Assembly (NCBI GenBank): GCA_001687465.1
Contig: LVLI01000084.1
Coordinates: 124,001 to 188,000, forward strand
Source of the DNA: Halocafeteria seosinensis
Lineage: Eukaryota
Length of the DNA: 64,000 bases
Reading direction: 5' to 3'
Shown: in pieces, positions 51,568 to 64,000 of the stretch
How positions within the stretch are numbered: position 1 is the stretch's first letter
How the letters are laid out: every line of letters begins with the position of its first letter
Notes under the pieces: model-generated
The model's database searches: none
What the model was told of the DNA's origin: nothing
What the model saw: only the letters and a program-made list of their open reading frames with translations
Program-made: the position numbers and the translations under genes

Positions 51568-52532
51568 ATGGCGCTGCGTCGTTGGGCGACGCAAAGCTCA
51601 TTGTATTCCAGGAATCAGCGGTTGGTTCCAGCTGGAACTTTCGGAAGCAGTCCAAGAACACCATGGACGTGTCTCCGACATGGAATGGCCGAGTATGGTA
51701 CAAAGGCGGACGTCGTTCAGCCAGAGGTAGGTGGTACACACGTATAAGATTCCCAGCACACCGAACTTCAAAGGATTAGGTTTATTGTGGCTGGCCTGGC
51801 GTGCAACAGGCGACGGACTCTCTAGATCGCGTGTGGGAACTTCTCCAGAGAGGAAACCAGCGATTCATTGAGGGTAAAGTTGGGATATTCTCGGAGGACC
51901 CTCACAAAAAAAGTGTTCGCGAGCGACGGAGGTAAGTTCCGTGTGAATGCGTCTCCTAGGTGTGTGCTGAGCACCTTCGCTTCCGGGTCCACTAACGCAG
52001 GGAACTGGTCCCAGGTCAAGCTCCGGTGGCCACAATTCTAACATGCTCGGACAGCAGAATATCTCCAGAATTGGTGTTCGATTGCGACATGGGCAAGCTA
52101 TTTGTCGTTCGCAATGCGGGCAACGTTCTGAGCGAAGATGCTGTTGCCACCATTCAGTTTGCTGTCGAGGTTACACGTACACCACTGGTAATGGTTCTCG
52201 GTCATGAAGACTGTAAGGCTGTGTCTTTGTGTGTGGACAGCACTGCCGATGGTGCGAACATACGTACTCCAAATGCCTCTACCGAAGGAGAAAACATGGC
52301 TCCAATGGACGCGTTAATGGCCAAGTTGAGACCTGCAGTTCTATCAGCAGCCGAGAGTTCTGACTATGCACACAGGAGCGAACTGTGCGATAATGCAGTG
52401 GAATATAACGTGACTCATCAGCTGCAACAGTTAAGCAATATTGAGGTAGTCCGAAAGGCGAACGAAGAAGGCCGCGTTAAGCTTCTGGGTCTTAAGTACA
52501 AGCTGGAATCAGGTGAAGTGGCTACTGTTTAG
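51568..52532 (+). CDS. Beta-class carbonic anhydrase, copy 2 (tandem paralogue)
   Basis: LQRGNQRF, LTCSDSRISPE, RNAGN, VLGHEDC. Two introns at the same positions as copy 1. Start MALRRWATQ (alternative ATG at 51541). Confidence 0.92.
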
Positions 52533-52768
52533 GGTCATATCAGCGGTATCCTGCAGATGTTCATTCTTACTAGCAAGCAATAAACCAAAGAAGGAAGAGA
52601 AACCTTACACAGAGTAACAGCAGAAACATTTTGGAACCCATTATACTAAGGGGCCTGTTGCAGAACTGCTGTTGTACAACACAGCAGCCAACTGTTGAGT
52701 CGGATTTGAAGTTCGAACTGAACTAATTAAGAAACATGTTACCAGTCTCAATACGGTGGCTGGCTGGA

Positions 52769-55700
52769 TCAATTGTCAGAAAGCCTTAATAGCGCCTCGT
52801 GGGCATCAGAATCTCCGGCTGCCGCTGCCATGGTATAGTATCGAACAGCATTGTCAAAATCAGCCTTTGACTTCTCATACAATACCCCAAGGTTGTACTG
52901 TGCATTTAATAACCCGTGACTTGCGCTCTGCTTGTAAAAGTTTATCGCCTCATCAATGTTCTGGGAGATCCCTGAGCCCTGCTCTAGCATCCATCCAACT
53001 TTGAACTGTGCTTCGACAGAGGAACTTGCAGCTTCTTGAAATAACTCAAACGCCTTTTCCATATCCTGTTCGGTAGCTTTGCCTGATTCATAAAGAGCAC
53101 CTAAATTATATTGAGCTGCAGCGTGCCCTCCTTCTGCAGCCTTCGAGTACAACTCGAATGCCTTAGCCACATCCTGTGTGACTCCGTCCCCACTCTCGCA
53201 GAGCCGGGCTAGATTGTTTTCAGCAGCGTGGTTACCCATTGCTACTGCTTTCTCGTACCAGATTGCTGCCTCCACGGTGTCCCTTTCAACTGCTTCGCCA
53301 AAATGATACATTCGGCCGAGTCTAAAATATGCTTCAGTTACATTATGTTCACACGCTTCCCGGTATAACCCGAACACTTGCGAAGTGGTTGAATACACAG
53401 GATCCGGAGACGGGGGTGCACTATCACTGAACATGGTGATGGCTTCGTCCAACGGACTCTTCCGTGTCCCCTCGCCCGTTTTCTCCAGCAATCTCATGAC
53501 AGTAAAGATTCCTTGCTCCCTCAATGCCTCGATATCTGGTACATCCACTTTTCGGCGGCACATATAATCATATGTACTTTCCACCTCCGCAATAACAAAC
53601 ACTACTTCCCCGTATAACGACCTAATATCTTTCCCCTGAGACGCAACGTCTGCCAATCCTTTGCAGTACCTCACGATAGACTCCAGCATGTCGCTAGCAT
53701 GCTTCCAATCATATTGCTGTGTATACAGACGATGGAATAAAGAGGAGCAGTATCCCAAGTCCTCAACTACGGTCTCATCACCTGTTCTGTTCCCTTGCTG
53801 GAGGGGGCTGTTCGATACGGATAATTGCATCTCCCGAAGATCCTCCTCCCAAGAATCAGCATCAGTTTTGTTACGCACAACTTCAGCATACAAATCTCTC
53901 AGGGTTTGCAAATTTTCTCTAAGCTCCGTGTTTTCATTTTCCAAAGAGAGCTGCTTCATACTTTCCTTCTTTGACAACGATTTCTTAGTGGATTTATTAT
54001 CCTTAGGCTCTCGCAATCGGGCATTTTCTTCATTCAACTCATTAATTTTCTCGTACATTTTATCGCGTTCTTTCGTGAGCGTATCGTTTTCGGAACGCTT
54101 CACGTACCAAGACGACTTTAACTTGTCGATCAATTGTACTAATGAATCAATCCGCTTCTGCAGTTCCTGTTGCTTAGAAATCATATCGTGCTGCTCGTCT
54201 TCATACCGTTGCATGTTTTGATGGTGGATTGCCACTGCATGGTGCAGTTGCATCCAATTGTCGACTTCTCTCGTACCCGTATCCTCGAAGGTTGCAAGCG
54301 TGCTGCCCGGTGAAATGCGGTTTCGAGAACAGAGTCGGTCGACCAATCCATTTATCTGGTTGTCAAAACTACGCTTCGTATCCGAGACTCGAAGCATATA
54401 CCAATTAATCCGTTGTTTTTCCTTTCCTTGGAGTTTTTTTACCCACTGAGAGAGGTTTTCAACTTCAGCGCGGAGCTCTTGTGTCCGTTCGTACGGATTT
54501 TGAAGACTCTTTTTCAACGTGCCGTCTTTCAGTTGATAGACTTGCTCCAATACTTGCCTTAGCTTCTTGGCTACCTGATGTTTATAAGAAACTTCGCTCT
54601 TCAAATTTTTTCTCAATTCTTTATTCTCCTCTTCGCAATTCTTTAACGCCTCGATTTGCTCATTAAGACGTTGATTGTGCCTTTCCTGAAGCCTGGCTCT
54701 TTGTTTTTCATCATGAAGTTTATTATCAAGGGTTGAATAATGACTCCTAACATCGCGCAACTCACGTTGGGTCCCTTGTAGTGTTTTCTCAAGTTGGCGT
54801 ACCTGACGATTTACTTGCTCTCGCAATCTTTCCTCATTGTATTCCGATCTCCGTAGTTCCTCCAGTTGCTCCTCCCGTATTTGTTCTGACTCCTGAAGTT
54901 TTTCTCGTAGTCGCTGTGTCTCGTCCACAACCTGGTCTTGGATGCAGGACGTCATTTCCTCATGATCATAATTGCCAGCCAAGGGCCTCGGAGGCCAGTG
55001 TTGGGACGTGGACTCGTTGTTTCCGTTGGCGAGGGACTCTAAGAGTACCTCTGGTGAATGGGGCCGTTGAATTTCTAGGCAGAAACCCTCCTCTGCAGTC
55101 GCGGTGTCATTCGAGCTTTGAGGCGCATGCTGGTACTTCCTTTCAAGGGCGTAAATCTGTTCATCTCTCTGTTGCACCAGTTCTCGGTATTCCGACACCT
55201 CTTGCTTAATCTGCTCAAGTTGGCTAGGAATTCCTTCTTGAATGACACACTGATTAAGTTTCCCACAACGCCCTTGGGAGAGAATTGCCAGTGACTGGAG
55301 GGGATGATTGCCAGACGTCCTAAATGTTGCACGCAGTGTGGCTAACTTGCTCTCCATCTCCTCACACTCGGTACAAATCTTCTCTAGCTGCTCCTTCTGC
55401 GAGTCAATTTTCTGCTGGTAGCTTCGCTTTATCTCTTCCTTTTCGTTCTCATAGCTTTGCTGAAGTTGTTCGACTTTAGCCCGGTACTCCTCCACTTCCT
55501 TCGTTAAGCGCTCCTTATCTTGTTTGATATCCTGACATGTCTGGCCGAGTTGGTAGGTTAACTTTCGTTCATCCTGGAGAGCGTTCTCGTAGGATTCAAC
55601 CTTCGCTTGGTAGCGATGTTCCAATTGGTGGTTTTTATGTACATGTTCTTTGATCTGACGATTCCTCGTTTCGTCCAACAGTGATGCGTATCGCTGAAGG

Positions 55701-55924
55701 AGTTGAACCTGTTTCTCCAAGCTTTCTCGGGAGAGTTCATGCACCGATTCCACGTACGTCCGATGCTCTAGCTCTTGAAGAAACACATCGTGCGTATCTG
55801 AGGATCCGTCCCCGTGCGTTATTGAGCGCAGAGGGCTAGTATTACCGGCATTTCTCGCCCTATGGCGGCTACTTGCACCGTCTGCGCTGGCGGGAGAAAG
55901 AGTTGTGGTTCGTCGTTCAGACAT
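52769..55924 (-). CDS. Long coiled-coil protein with C-terminal Sel1-like repeats
   Basis: About 650 aa of E/Q/K/L-rich heptads, then AYFRLGRMYHFGE, AENNLARLCESG, AQYNLGALYESG, AQFKVGWMLEQG, AQYNLGVLYE. Confidence 0.85.
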   Translation of the reverse strand: MSERRTTTLSPASADGASSRHRARNAGNTSPLRSITHGDGSSDTHDVFLQELEHRTYVESVHELSRESLEKQVQLLQRYASLLDETRNRQIKEHVHKNHQLEHRYQAKVESYENALQDERKLTYQLGQTCQDIKQDKERLTKEVEEYRAKVEQLQQSYENEKEEIKRSYQQKIDSQKEQLEKICTECEEMESKLATLRATFRTSGNHPLQSLAILSQGRCGKLNQCVIQEGIPSQLEQIKQEVSEYRELVQQRDEQIYALERKYQHAPQSSNDTATAEEGFCLEIQRPHSPEVLLESLANGNNESTSQHWPPRPLAGNYDHEEMTSCIQDQVVDETQRLREKLQESEQIREEQLEELRRSEYNEERLREQVNRQVRQLEKTLQGTQRELRDVRSHYSTLDNKLHDEKQRARLQERHNQRLNEQIEALKNCEEENKELRKNLKSEVSYKHQVAKKLRQVLEQVYQLKDGTLKKSLQNPYERTQELRAEVENLSQWVKKLQGKEKQRINWYMLRVSDTKRSFDNQINGLVDRLCSRNRISPGSTLATFEDTGTREVDNWMQLHHAVAIHHQNMQRYEDEQHDMISKQQELQKRIDSLVQLIDKLKSSWYVKRSENDTLTKERDKMYEKINELNEENARLREPKDNKSTKKSLSKKESMKQLSLENENTELRENLQTLRDLYAEVVRNKTDADSWEEDLREMQLSVSNSPLQQGNRTGDETVVEDLGYCSSLFHRLYTQQYDWKHASDMLESIVRYCKGLADVASQGKDIRSLYGEVVFVIAEVESTYDYMCRRKVDVPDIEALREQGIFTVMRLLEKTGEGTRKSPLDEAITMFSDSAPPSPDPVYSTTSQVFGLYREACEHNVTEAYFRLGRMYHFGEAVERDTVEAAIWYEKAVAMGNHAAENNLARLCESGDGVTQDVAKAFELYSKAAEGGHAAAQYNLGALYESGKATEQDMEKAFELFQEAASSSVEAQFKVGWMLEQGSGISQNIDEAINFYKQSASHGLLNAQYNLGVLYEKSKADFDNAVRYYTMAAAAGDSDAHEALLRLSDN

Positions 55925-56313
55925 TGCGAAGCGCTTTTCACCCTCCAACCTTACACTTACTACGTGGACAAGGGTGTATCTCAGTGGTATGCACTGCTAC
56001 AAACAAATGGTATCGCTCTGAGCCTCTAATCCACAATGCAACTCATCGAAAACGCCGTCCGCGTTGCGACCAGTGTGTTTGGAGTCTTCAGTCGCAGAGA
56101 TACGAGAAGAAGTGGTTGTAATGTACCCATAGAGTGAGGCCATCTGTAACTACAAAATTGTCTCTTTTACGAATATGGTAATTTATCAACATTACAGGGA
56201 AATACATACAGCATATGAAACAGGCATACGGCTCCACGGGTGGTAGCGTGAGTGAAAACTTTCCGCTTTGCTGCCAGTGACACGTATGACGTTCAGTGGA
56301 GGTATCCACGACA

Positions 56314-58112
56314 ATGGAGTCATTCATTCGCGTCAAATACCCGGATTGGGTGGGGGAGAGATGCTCTCGTCTGAATACGCGCTGCCCCTTCCCTTGCAAG
56401 TACACAACAAGCACCGGTATGTATAGCGAGCAGCAGGGGCGATGCGCCTACTACAAGACGAGTCTGACACGCAGACCATTTCTCCCTATCTGGTATTCAT
56501 ATCATCGATTCTGCGCCATCTGCTGGTCCACAAAGTTGACAGGGACAATCCAGCAGACTCCAGCAAATTATTTCCTCACCAACGGGCGATTAAAGTATTT
56601 GGCACATATTACCAGTTCTGCGAAACACTGGTTAAGCTTCCGCGTTCTGACGTAAGTGCAATTACATATACAAAAGCTTTATGGGATCTCTGCTGCTGCT
56701 ATCTTGTTAGGGAAACTTCATGAACCAGCCGCATTGCTCACCCTGGGGGTCTCGTGTGCAGGGTATCTATTTCCTGCTCTGGCTGACGAGAGGTACCCAG
56801 AGGGCGGACTCGAGCGCGCTGTATTTACTTCACTCACGGATTTCAGAACCTCACGACTAATTCAGGTGATTAATAAACACCATCATTGGAGAAGCTCTCA
56901 GGGAAATTCCGGTGCAGTAGACTCTCTGCGCCGTTCCAAAGCTCAAGGATCTGCCCTCGATGGGTTTCAGGCGACGGTTAGCCTTTCACATCCGGCTTCA
57001 TACACCAGTATCTGTGGAATAAGGAATGCATTCTTTAGTAGGCTTAACACCTTCCGAACCACGGGCACTAACGAAAAATCCCCGAAGGCAGGAAGACATT
57101 CGAATTCGACTGATCTTTGTGGTACAATTGTCCCCCGCAAGTTGCTCGAGACTTTACTTTGCAGCCATAGGGTATCAAGGAAGGTTGCACAGCTCAACTT
57201 TCCCCGAAATCGATGTGCAGCACGTGTATCAATTTTGCTTAAGTTTGGAAGTGCAAGCGGAACTTCCGCAAGCTGATGACGGCCAACCTGTCAGTCACGT
57301 TGATGCGTGTTCCAAGCGACAAAACGGGGGCACTGCGAGTATGCAGTTTCGTTTACAATTTTTACAGGCTGACATTCGCTCTTTAACACGGATGAATACT
57401 GCTCCTTTAGGCCCGTGGTGCACTTGGCAACTATTTGCCAGTCCCCTGTAGTTGTGAGTACACCCGAGACATGTTCTCTCTCGTGCTACTCCTACAAGAA
57501 GTTGCTTGGTAACCAACCTCAGCATGACGGAAGTCCCCGGGAAGCATATTCGAAGTTGCCCTTTGGTACATTTCTGATAGGTTCCTAAGCTGGATTTGGC
57601 TATGCTTTCTTGATGCGCGTGCGAAGTCGTGTCTTGGTCACTCCCTCGACGGCTGGCGCCCATGCAGGAGAGGTGTATGAGGGATGGGGATCCTGGATAG
57701 AGGGAGCTTCCCATGTTTCAGATACCAGCATAAGCAACTTGGTCTTAGCGTTTTCGAAGATTGCAGGATGCCAGGGGGATACACTCGGATTATCATACAT
57801 CATGCGGACATCGAGTCAACCAACTGGGCGCGGATTTGCAATTACAATTGTAGCTGTTCAAAGTTCAGGATTGAATGCGCAAACCCAGGTACTTCTAAGA
57901 GAGTGCTGGTAAATAAATTGCAAACTGCAATTGTAATATGCAGGGTTCCGATTGATCACGATCCTCAGGGGTACCACCGTAGACTGCAGCCTGCAGTCTG
58001 CAGATTGCAACTTGCGACTTGCCTGTCGCAGCGCTGCAGCCTGCCGACAACTTCAAGTGCTTCGATCTATTGTGTGCACACAGACAGAAGCTGTTTTCCT
58101 GTTTGTATTTGA
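56314..58112 (+). CDS. Putative multi-exon gene of unknown function
   Basis: Chain of plus-strand ORF segments with GT-AG boundaries (e.g. donors near 56417 and 56652). No family recognised with confidence. Confidence 0.35.
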
Positions 58113-58221
58113 TAAATCATCCACCACTTGACTGGTCTCGTGCGGTGTGGGACGTATTGACGAAGGTTGTGCATGGATGCAGCTCACAAGAAGTGATTTC
58201 TGTTAACGGTGGTAATTTACA

Positions 58222-61200
58222 ATGGAGTGGATAGCTCGGCAGATAACCACTACGTTCAGCGAGACCCGGCGAGGGGCGGTGATATACGAAGAGGAGAAAG
58301 AAGAAAGAGACACTCGGAGGCGACATGAACAGAGTGGTTTGGAAGATACACCAGACTCACATTTGTTTCGGTTGATGAATTCACGAGAATTTCAAACAAA
58401 GGCCCACCATTTTTTGCAAGGAGAAACAGACGTATTAGTGGCGTATGAATCAACACCGTCCAAGGAAAAGGTTCGCTTGCCTCCTGTACCTGACAAGAGT
58501 TCGAACTCTTCCAACACAGAGAAGGCTAGTAATCCCAGGTTCCGTCGAGGCCGACAACTTACAACTTCCAGGGAGGTCCCAACGGAGCTTCCGGATATTA
58601 CACCTCAAAGACCCTCGTCTATTTTCGTTACAACACGCGTAGAGAATGTTGGATCGATTGTACCAAGCGTTTCGTCGGTTGACTTCCCGAGTACAAGCAA
58701 GATCCTGTGCTTCTTTCGGGTTCGTAGCGGGAGCAATGATCCGGCTGAGGTTGCCCATACGCAGGGCAAGATCTTGATGCACTGCATACAAGGCTCTCCC
58801 CTTGTTCAAATGTACGGTGTGCTTGTACAAGTAATCCTCCCATTAGTACCGGCAATGGGTGCGGTGCATAGATGGTCCAAGAGCATCTATCACGAATTCA
58901 TCAGCGAAACGGGCCGATTTATGGAAGAAGTTCAGGCTATGGTAAGTTTTGATACATGATGTTTCCTCTGTACGTCTCTTCTCTATCGTCAGTTCATGCA
59001 GTATGGAACCGCGCGCGGCCATAAAATACTGCCCCATGCCCCTCTTTTCCCGAGCGCAAGGGCGTTGGTTTGCTCCGACAGTTCTGCCGCTCTGTCTGCT
59101 ACCGACTGTAGGGATAGGCTATCACGACTTCGTAATCTGGTACGAAATTCGATGGGTGAATCGGCCGCGTTGGGCACGAGTAGAATCTCGGTAATAAGCC
59201 GAGTTGAGCAAGCCCAGAAGACCTCCGTTACCGCTGAAGAAATTGAACGAGTTATTATTGATTGGACGCACCGTATACGAACTGTTTTGGATTTCTCAGA
59301 GGAGAAAGCTATAACTGCCGCAACAAATCGTATAAGACCGGAGACGCCGTTCGTCAACGATACAGCGATGGAGAATACACATGACCGGGGCGCTTTTGTA
59401 GGTTCTCTTCCTGGCCCATTGTTAATGGTTTGCTACTGGCACAACAGATTTAAACAATTGACAAGCATTGTGAATGTCGTCAGCAGCCCTTATGGCAAGT
59501 GCTTATGGAATAGCCTTGTGGAGATGCAATCCACTTACACAAGACCATATGCCGACGCTCTGAAGGCTCTGGAAGCACACTACCGAGAATCTGAGGAGAA
59601 CTATTTCGCTATGCAAGTCTTGCGGAAATATATCGAAGGGTTGGAAATTCAAATCCGTTCACTTCAAACCCCGCGGCAACTAGATCTTGAAAGAGTGGAC
59701 TACCTCCTTCGCCGAAGCTGGGGGTGCTTGGCAGCGTTTTACGTTCGGTCTAAACGATTTGGTGGAATGGGAAAAATCGTCTCAAGTGGGAAACTAATTT
59801 CAAACTGTATTACTCGCATGATTAAGAGTTTTTCAGAATCGTTGGACGCATGCTTGATGTCTCGTATGGCTCATGATGGGTTCGAATACGTGGATGTAGG
59901 ATTGGGCGTCATTTCTCGACTAAAAAAGGCTTTTAGGGATGCGAAAGAGAAGGTTGGTAGTCTCTTGCCTTATCATCCATGGGTATTCCATGACGAGGCC
60001 ATGTAAGTTTTTCCGATGGCCGGCCGGCACACATCACGCTGATGGAAAATTTTAAACTGTTGCAGATTTTCTAACATCAACTTGGTAAAAGAACGGCTCT
60101 CTGATCTACGCAATATTCTGTATTCCCTCCACCGGTTTCAACAGCTGGGGCATGTCGTGATGGGTGGTAAAGATGCTGAAAGTTTATCCCTACACATTGG
60201 TAACATCAAATCGGATTTCGACAAAACATACGAACGGTATATTGCTCCGGTAAGAGGTGAGTGTTTGCTTTTGCGTTTGTCAGATTTCTAATATTGTTTA
60301 TTTCAGAAAGACCGCTTGCAATTACAGACGTTATGGACCTATCTCCTGCAACAAGCAATACGTTTGATGACAGGTTGTTCAAGTTTCAAACTAGTGTGCG
60401 ACAATTAGACAAACGACTTATTTCTGTTGTATCTCAATCGTTTTTCGAACAAACGACGGCCATGTCGCAACTTAAAGCTTTACAGCAAGCTTCTGTGGCC
60501 ATCTGGGGCTCGTCAGTTGAAGATGAATTTGACCAGCTCTTCTTCAGGGTTGCACAATCGTTGCAAGAGGACCTTCGTCGGTACAACGCTATATTTGAGG
60601 ATGAGAAGGATGATCCGCCGACAACAAAAAAGCTTCCACCTTCTGTGGAGGCCGTCTTGTGGGCTCGTTCGCTGCTGCACTGTCTTCAGGTCCCGGTAGA
60701 TACCTTGCAGGAGCTGCGGCGTGACATATGCTCCCTTCCGGAAATGAGCAGTTTGATCCGTAGCTTCGCCAGTTTCACACTCAGAGTTCACGACTACGAA
60801 ACGGATATTTTTCAACGGTGGTCAACACGCGTAACGTCTAATGCTGAGAAGGAATTGGGAAGTGCAGTACTATACGTTGAAGACACGAGAAGTGGACAGC
60901 ACTCATCTCTTCCGCCCTCTAGTTGGAAGCATTGCAAAATTCGCGTGAATTTTTCCGCCAATTTTAGTGGTATTTTGTCTGAAATAAAATACTTTTCGTT
61001 TCTCGAGATCAATAGGCTTCCTCAGAGTGCGGAGTCGTTGAAAAATCGCTCAGAAGAAATTCGGCTGTTCTTTGGTAAGTTGCAGCTGCTCGCCACAGAG
61101 ATTAACGTCATCAACGAGGATTTGCTAGACGTTGAACGCCCTCTGCTCGAGGAGACGTTTAGCAAACTGTCGAATCAGCTGAACCAAGGGGTTAAACGTC

Positions 61201-64000
61201 TTACATGGAATTCTCCTTCTGTTTCCTCGTTTATCAATGAAACGGGAAATCTCGTACGCTCCTTAGAGCATTATTCGGGAGAACTAAACCGCTGTATAAG
61301 GAAGCTTATGGAAATATGTTCGTCTATTTCCTCTCCACCGGAAGTATTTCCAATTCAGAGCTCTCTTTGCTCCTTTCGGGACTTCACGGAAGCTAAGAAC
61401 GCCGTCATTCACCATTATGAAGAGAGCATTGTGACCAATAGCAAAATGGCGAAGTATACGTTGCACACTGCGAGATCCCACTTAAAATGCCGTGCGGACT
61501 CGGAAGCTTGGCGACAGTTTTGCAGTTTTCTGTCGCGCATGCTGTACTGCGGCTTGCTTAGAGGAATTGCTAAAGGCTTAATTTCGTTTTTTGCCTTCGT
61601 AAAACCGGAAAAACCAACATCAATGACGTATGTAGAGGTTCCTGTAACTCTATCTGAATCTGAAGAAGGCACCACCCTGGCGTTTGATCTACCGCCCGAC
61701 ACTCTAGACCTCAAAGGGGCCTCTTTATCTGATGAACTCTCCAATTGGCTCCACAGATTTGTCCGATGCAGCCGATATTTAAACAAACTTGACGAGACTT
61801 CCGACAATTATGAAAAAGACATACTCATGTCTTTGGAGATTACCGAGTTGGCCGACGCGATCGATCAAACGTGTTCGCACATTGACGACCGTTGTAGAGC
61901 GTCATTTGGCCATTTGGACAAGTTTAAGTGGGTCTGGGAACAAAGCGTTTGCAACGACGCCATGGAGTGCTTTACAAGTATTATGCGATGCGAAAGTGGA
62001 ACTTACTCTTCGTTGTCGGAAGAGTGGAAGTCCATCTGCTATAATAGTTCTGACAATGCTTCTTTGCAGCAGTACGTAGAGTTAGCTGGACGGGATTTAT
62101 CTTGGCACTTTGACACGGAGCGTCTGGAGAACTTCTTTGGACAGTGGATTAACGCATTTCATGAACTGGATAGCATCCCCGCCGAAACACATGTTAATTG
62201 CGTTGAGGTGACGTTTGTGGGTATCCGGGGCAAACTGAAAAACTTGATCTTGGCCAGAATTGGTTCGGTACTCCAGTGTATCTTAGAGACCTTATTAAGC
62301 CGCCTAATTTTTCTCGGATCCTTAATTAGGGCTGCAAATACTCTTGTTAGTACAGACTTTTGGGCGAAGGTGCTCTCAGATTTGAATAAATTCGTTCCAT
62401 CCCGCTTCGAAGATGTAATTGAAAGCATACGTAATACGGAAAGCAAGCGGAAGAAATTGGAGATTAAGAACCATTTTGACTGCTTTTCGCCTGACTTGGG
62501 CTTTCTCTACGAGGCCTGCCCTTTGTTTCCTGCCTGGTTGAATGAAATTGCTGGTTGTTCTTTAGAGGTTGGATGTTCCAGTTCGCTGTTCGTTACTTCT
62601 CAGATGTACGCTTTTTTTCACCGTGATAGATCTATTCGAGCTGGATTTTCTTCAATGGACGAAATACTGAAATACGTGTTGGGTAGTGAAGATGACGATT
62701 CCCAACACCACAGCGTGTCTTCCTCGTTAAGGGCGTACCTTGACAAGGAAACAAAGCGAGAAATTACCGCTTTTAACGCCATGCAAAAGATTGCAATTGA
62801 AGGGAGAGTGCTGAACGATAGCGTGACAGAGATGCGAAGAGAGTGGGAGTCCATGATTTCTAATTTAAAAGTCTCACGAGAAGCATACTCTGACATGCTC
62901 CAGGATACTCAAGTGGAAACTGAGGAGCACTTCAGCAAACATGTACAGGAAGTACACTCTTACCAAGATGAAGTCTCAGAAACGTTCTCAGAAATCTTCA
63001 AGGGTCCAGCGGAGGAGAATCCGGCTAATGTTCATAAGCGGATCAATGCTTGGCCAACACTTCTACAATCCCTGAAAGGCAACATCGGCAGAGTCTACGT
63101 TTTTCTGCATGATCACTTCCAGAGGCTTTGCTCGCTCTGGCGAAAACACTGTAGATTATGTGGTTGCTCTGATTTGCTCTCTGGCTCTGATAATTCGTTC
63201 CTTTCCACAGATCACGACTTCGTGCGGTACTTGGCACTAAAAGAAGCCGGTGACGGGTTACCTGTGAACTCAAGAACATCTCTATATTCATCCGAGAAAA
63301 GCCTGCTAAATCAGTTCTATTTGCTAAGAGAGTTCAAGAAAGTTACAGATGCTGCTCATGATATCTCCATTACGATCGAAGGATACTGGTCCACCAGTTG
63401 GAAAGAATTGGAATTTGATGGCCTTCAGGAAGATGTCAATAGAATTGCATATCTAAGTGAAGAGGTTGTCAGTGGGTTTGTAGACATCCCCTTGTTTAAC
63501 GGTCTAACGAATATGTGCTATGTGCTGAGGTCAGTTTCGCCTTTAGTAGCTGAGCTGCTTGATGGGGCGGTAAAAGCCCGTCACTGGAATCTGATCGAGT
63601 TGGTGACTAAGCAAACGCTGCCCTCTCTGGAGGGATTGCGGTTTGGGGATGTTTTGTCCGTCGATCTTAAGCGACATCGTACTGCGTGTACAGATATTGT
63701 CTCTCAGGCGAAGCGGGAAGCAAAAGTGGAGGCGCAGTTAGTCAACATCAAGAACTTTTGGAAGTCTGCAAAATTGGAATTCTCTGCATACGAAGACAGC
63801 GCTGCTGCCGCTACCGAGTCCTCTGCAGAAATTAAGACTCATACCGTGACAAACGCTGATTGGGTGTTCGAAACTATAGATGAGCAACAGTTTGAGATCC
63901 AAGGGTCTCTTGCCTACCTATCTAGCATGTCAGGTTTTGAGTTGTCCTCAACCCTTGTACGGGAGTGGAAGAGCTCATGCTATAATATGTGTCTAGAGCT
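58222..64000 (+). CDS. Axonemal dynein heavy chain, N-terminal tail (DHC_N1, DHC_N2); partial, continues beyond the window
   Basis: IDWTHRIRTVL, PGPLL..YW, QSTY, RFQQLGHVVMGG (outer-arm-like), and PLVAELLDGAVKARHW...DIVSQAKREAKVEAQLVNIKNFW. The long terminal exon from ~60307 runs to the window end with no stop seen, which explains its absence from the ORF track. Confidence 0.88.

Noticed and set aside
1..64000. CRISPR arrays, tRNA/rRNA genes, intact transposases, telomeric repeats, prokaryotic operons
   Set aside because: None seen; the sequence is intron-containing eukaryotic DNA.

Overview
Gene-dense eukaryotic nuclear DNA: standard code, short GT-AG introns of about 60-150 nt, about 20 genes in 64 kb. 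Gene content (RGS-LOV photoreceptor, Crinkler-type relics, IFT139, axonemal dynein, ARPC2) suggests a flagellated protist, probably a stramenopile; this is inference. Recognisable genes: F-box/Tudor protein, 12-TM class III cyclase, U2AF1, C2-containing inositol 5-phosphatase with CaaX, CGI121, NZF zinc-finger protein, RPS9, QCR7, ankyrin protein, RGS-LOV, RPN10, ARPC2, rhomboid, a DIEGA-repeat protein, DDX1, CABLES-like, TTC21B/IFT139, NDUFB9, two tandem beta-carbonic anhydrases, a coiled-coil/Sel1 protein and a dynein heavy chain running off the right edge. Most notable: (1) a minimal RGS-LOV blue-light receptor with an N-terminal dual-acylation motif; (2) a 12-TM cyclase with C1/C2 catalytic roles inverted, an unusual Glu/Lys specificity pair and a ~400-aa insertion in C2; (3) several decayed Crinkler-type NTPase/REase relics in intergenic spacers. 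Exon models were spliced by eye and no database searches were run.
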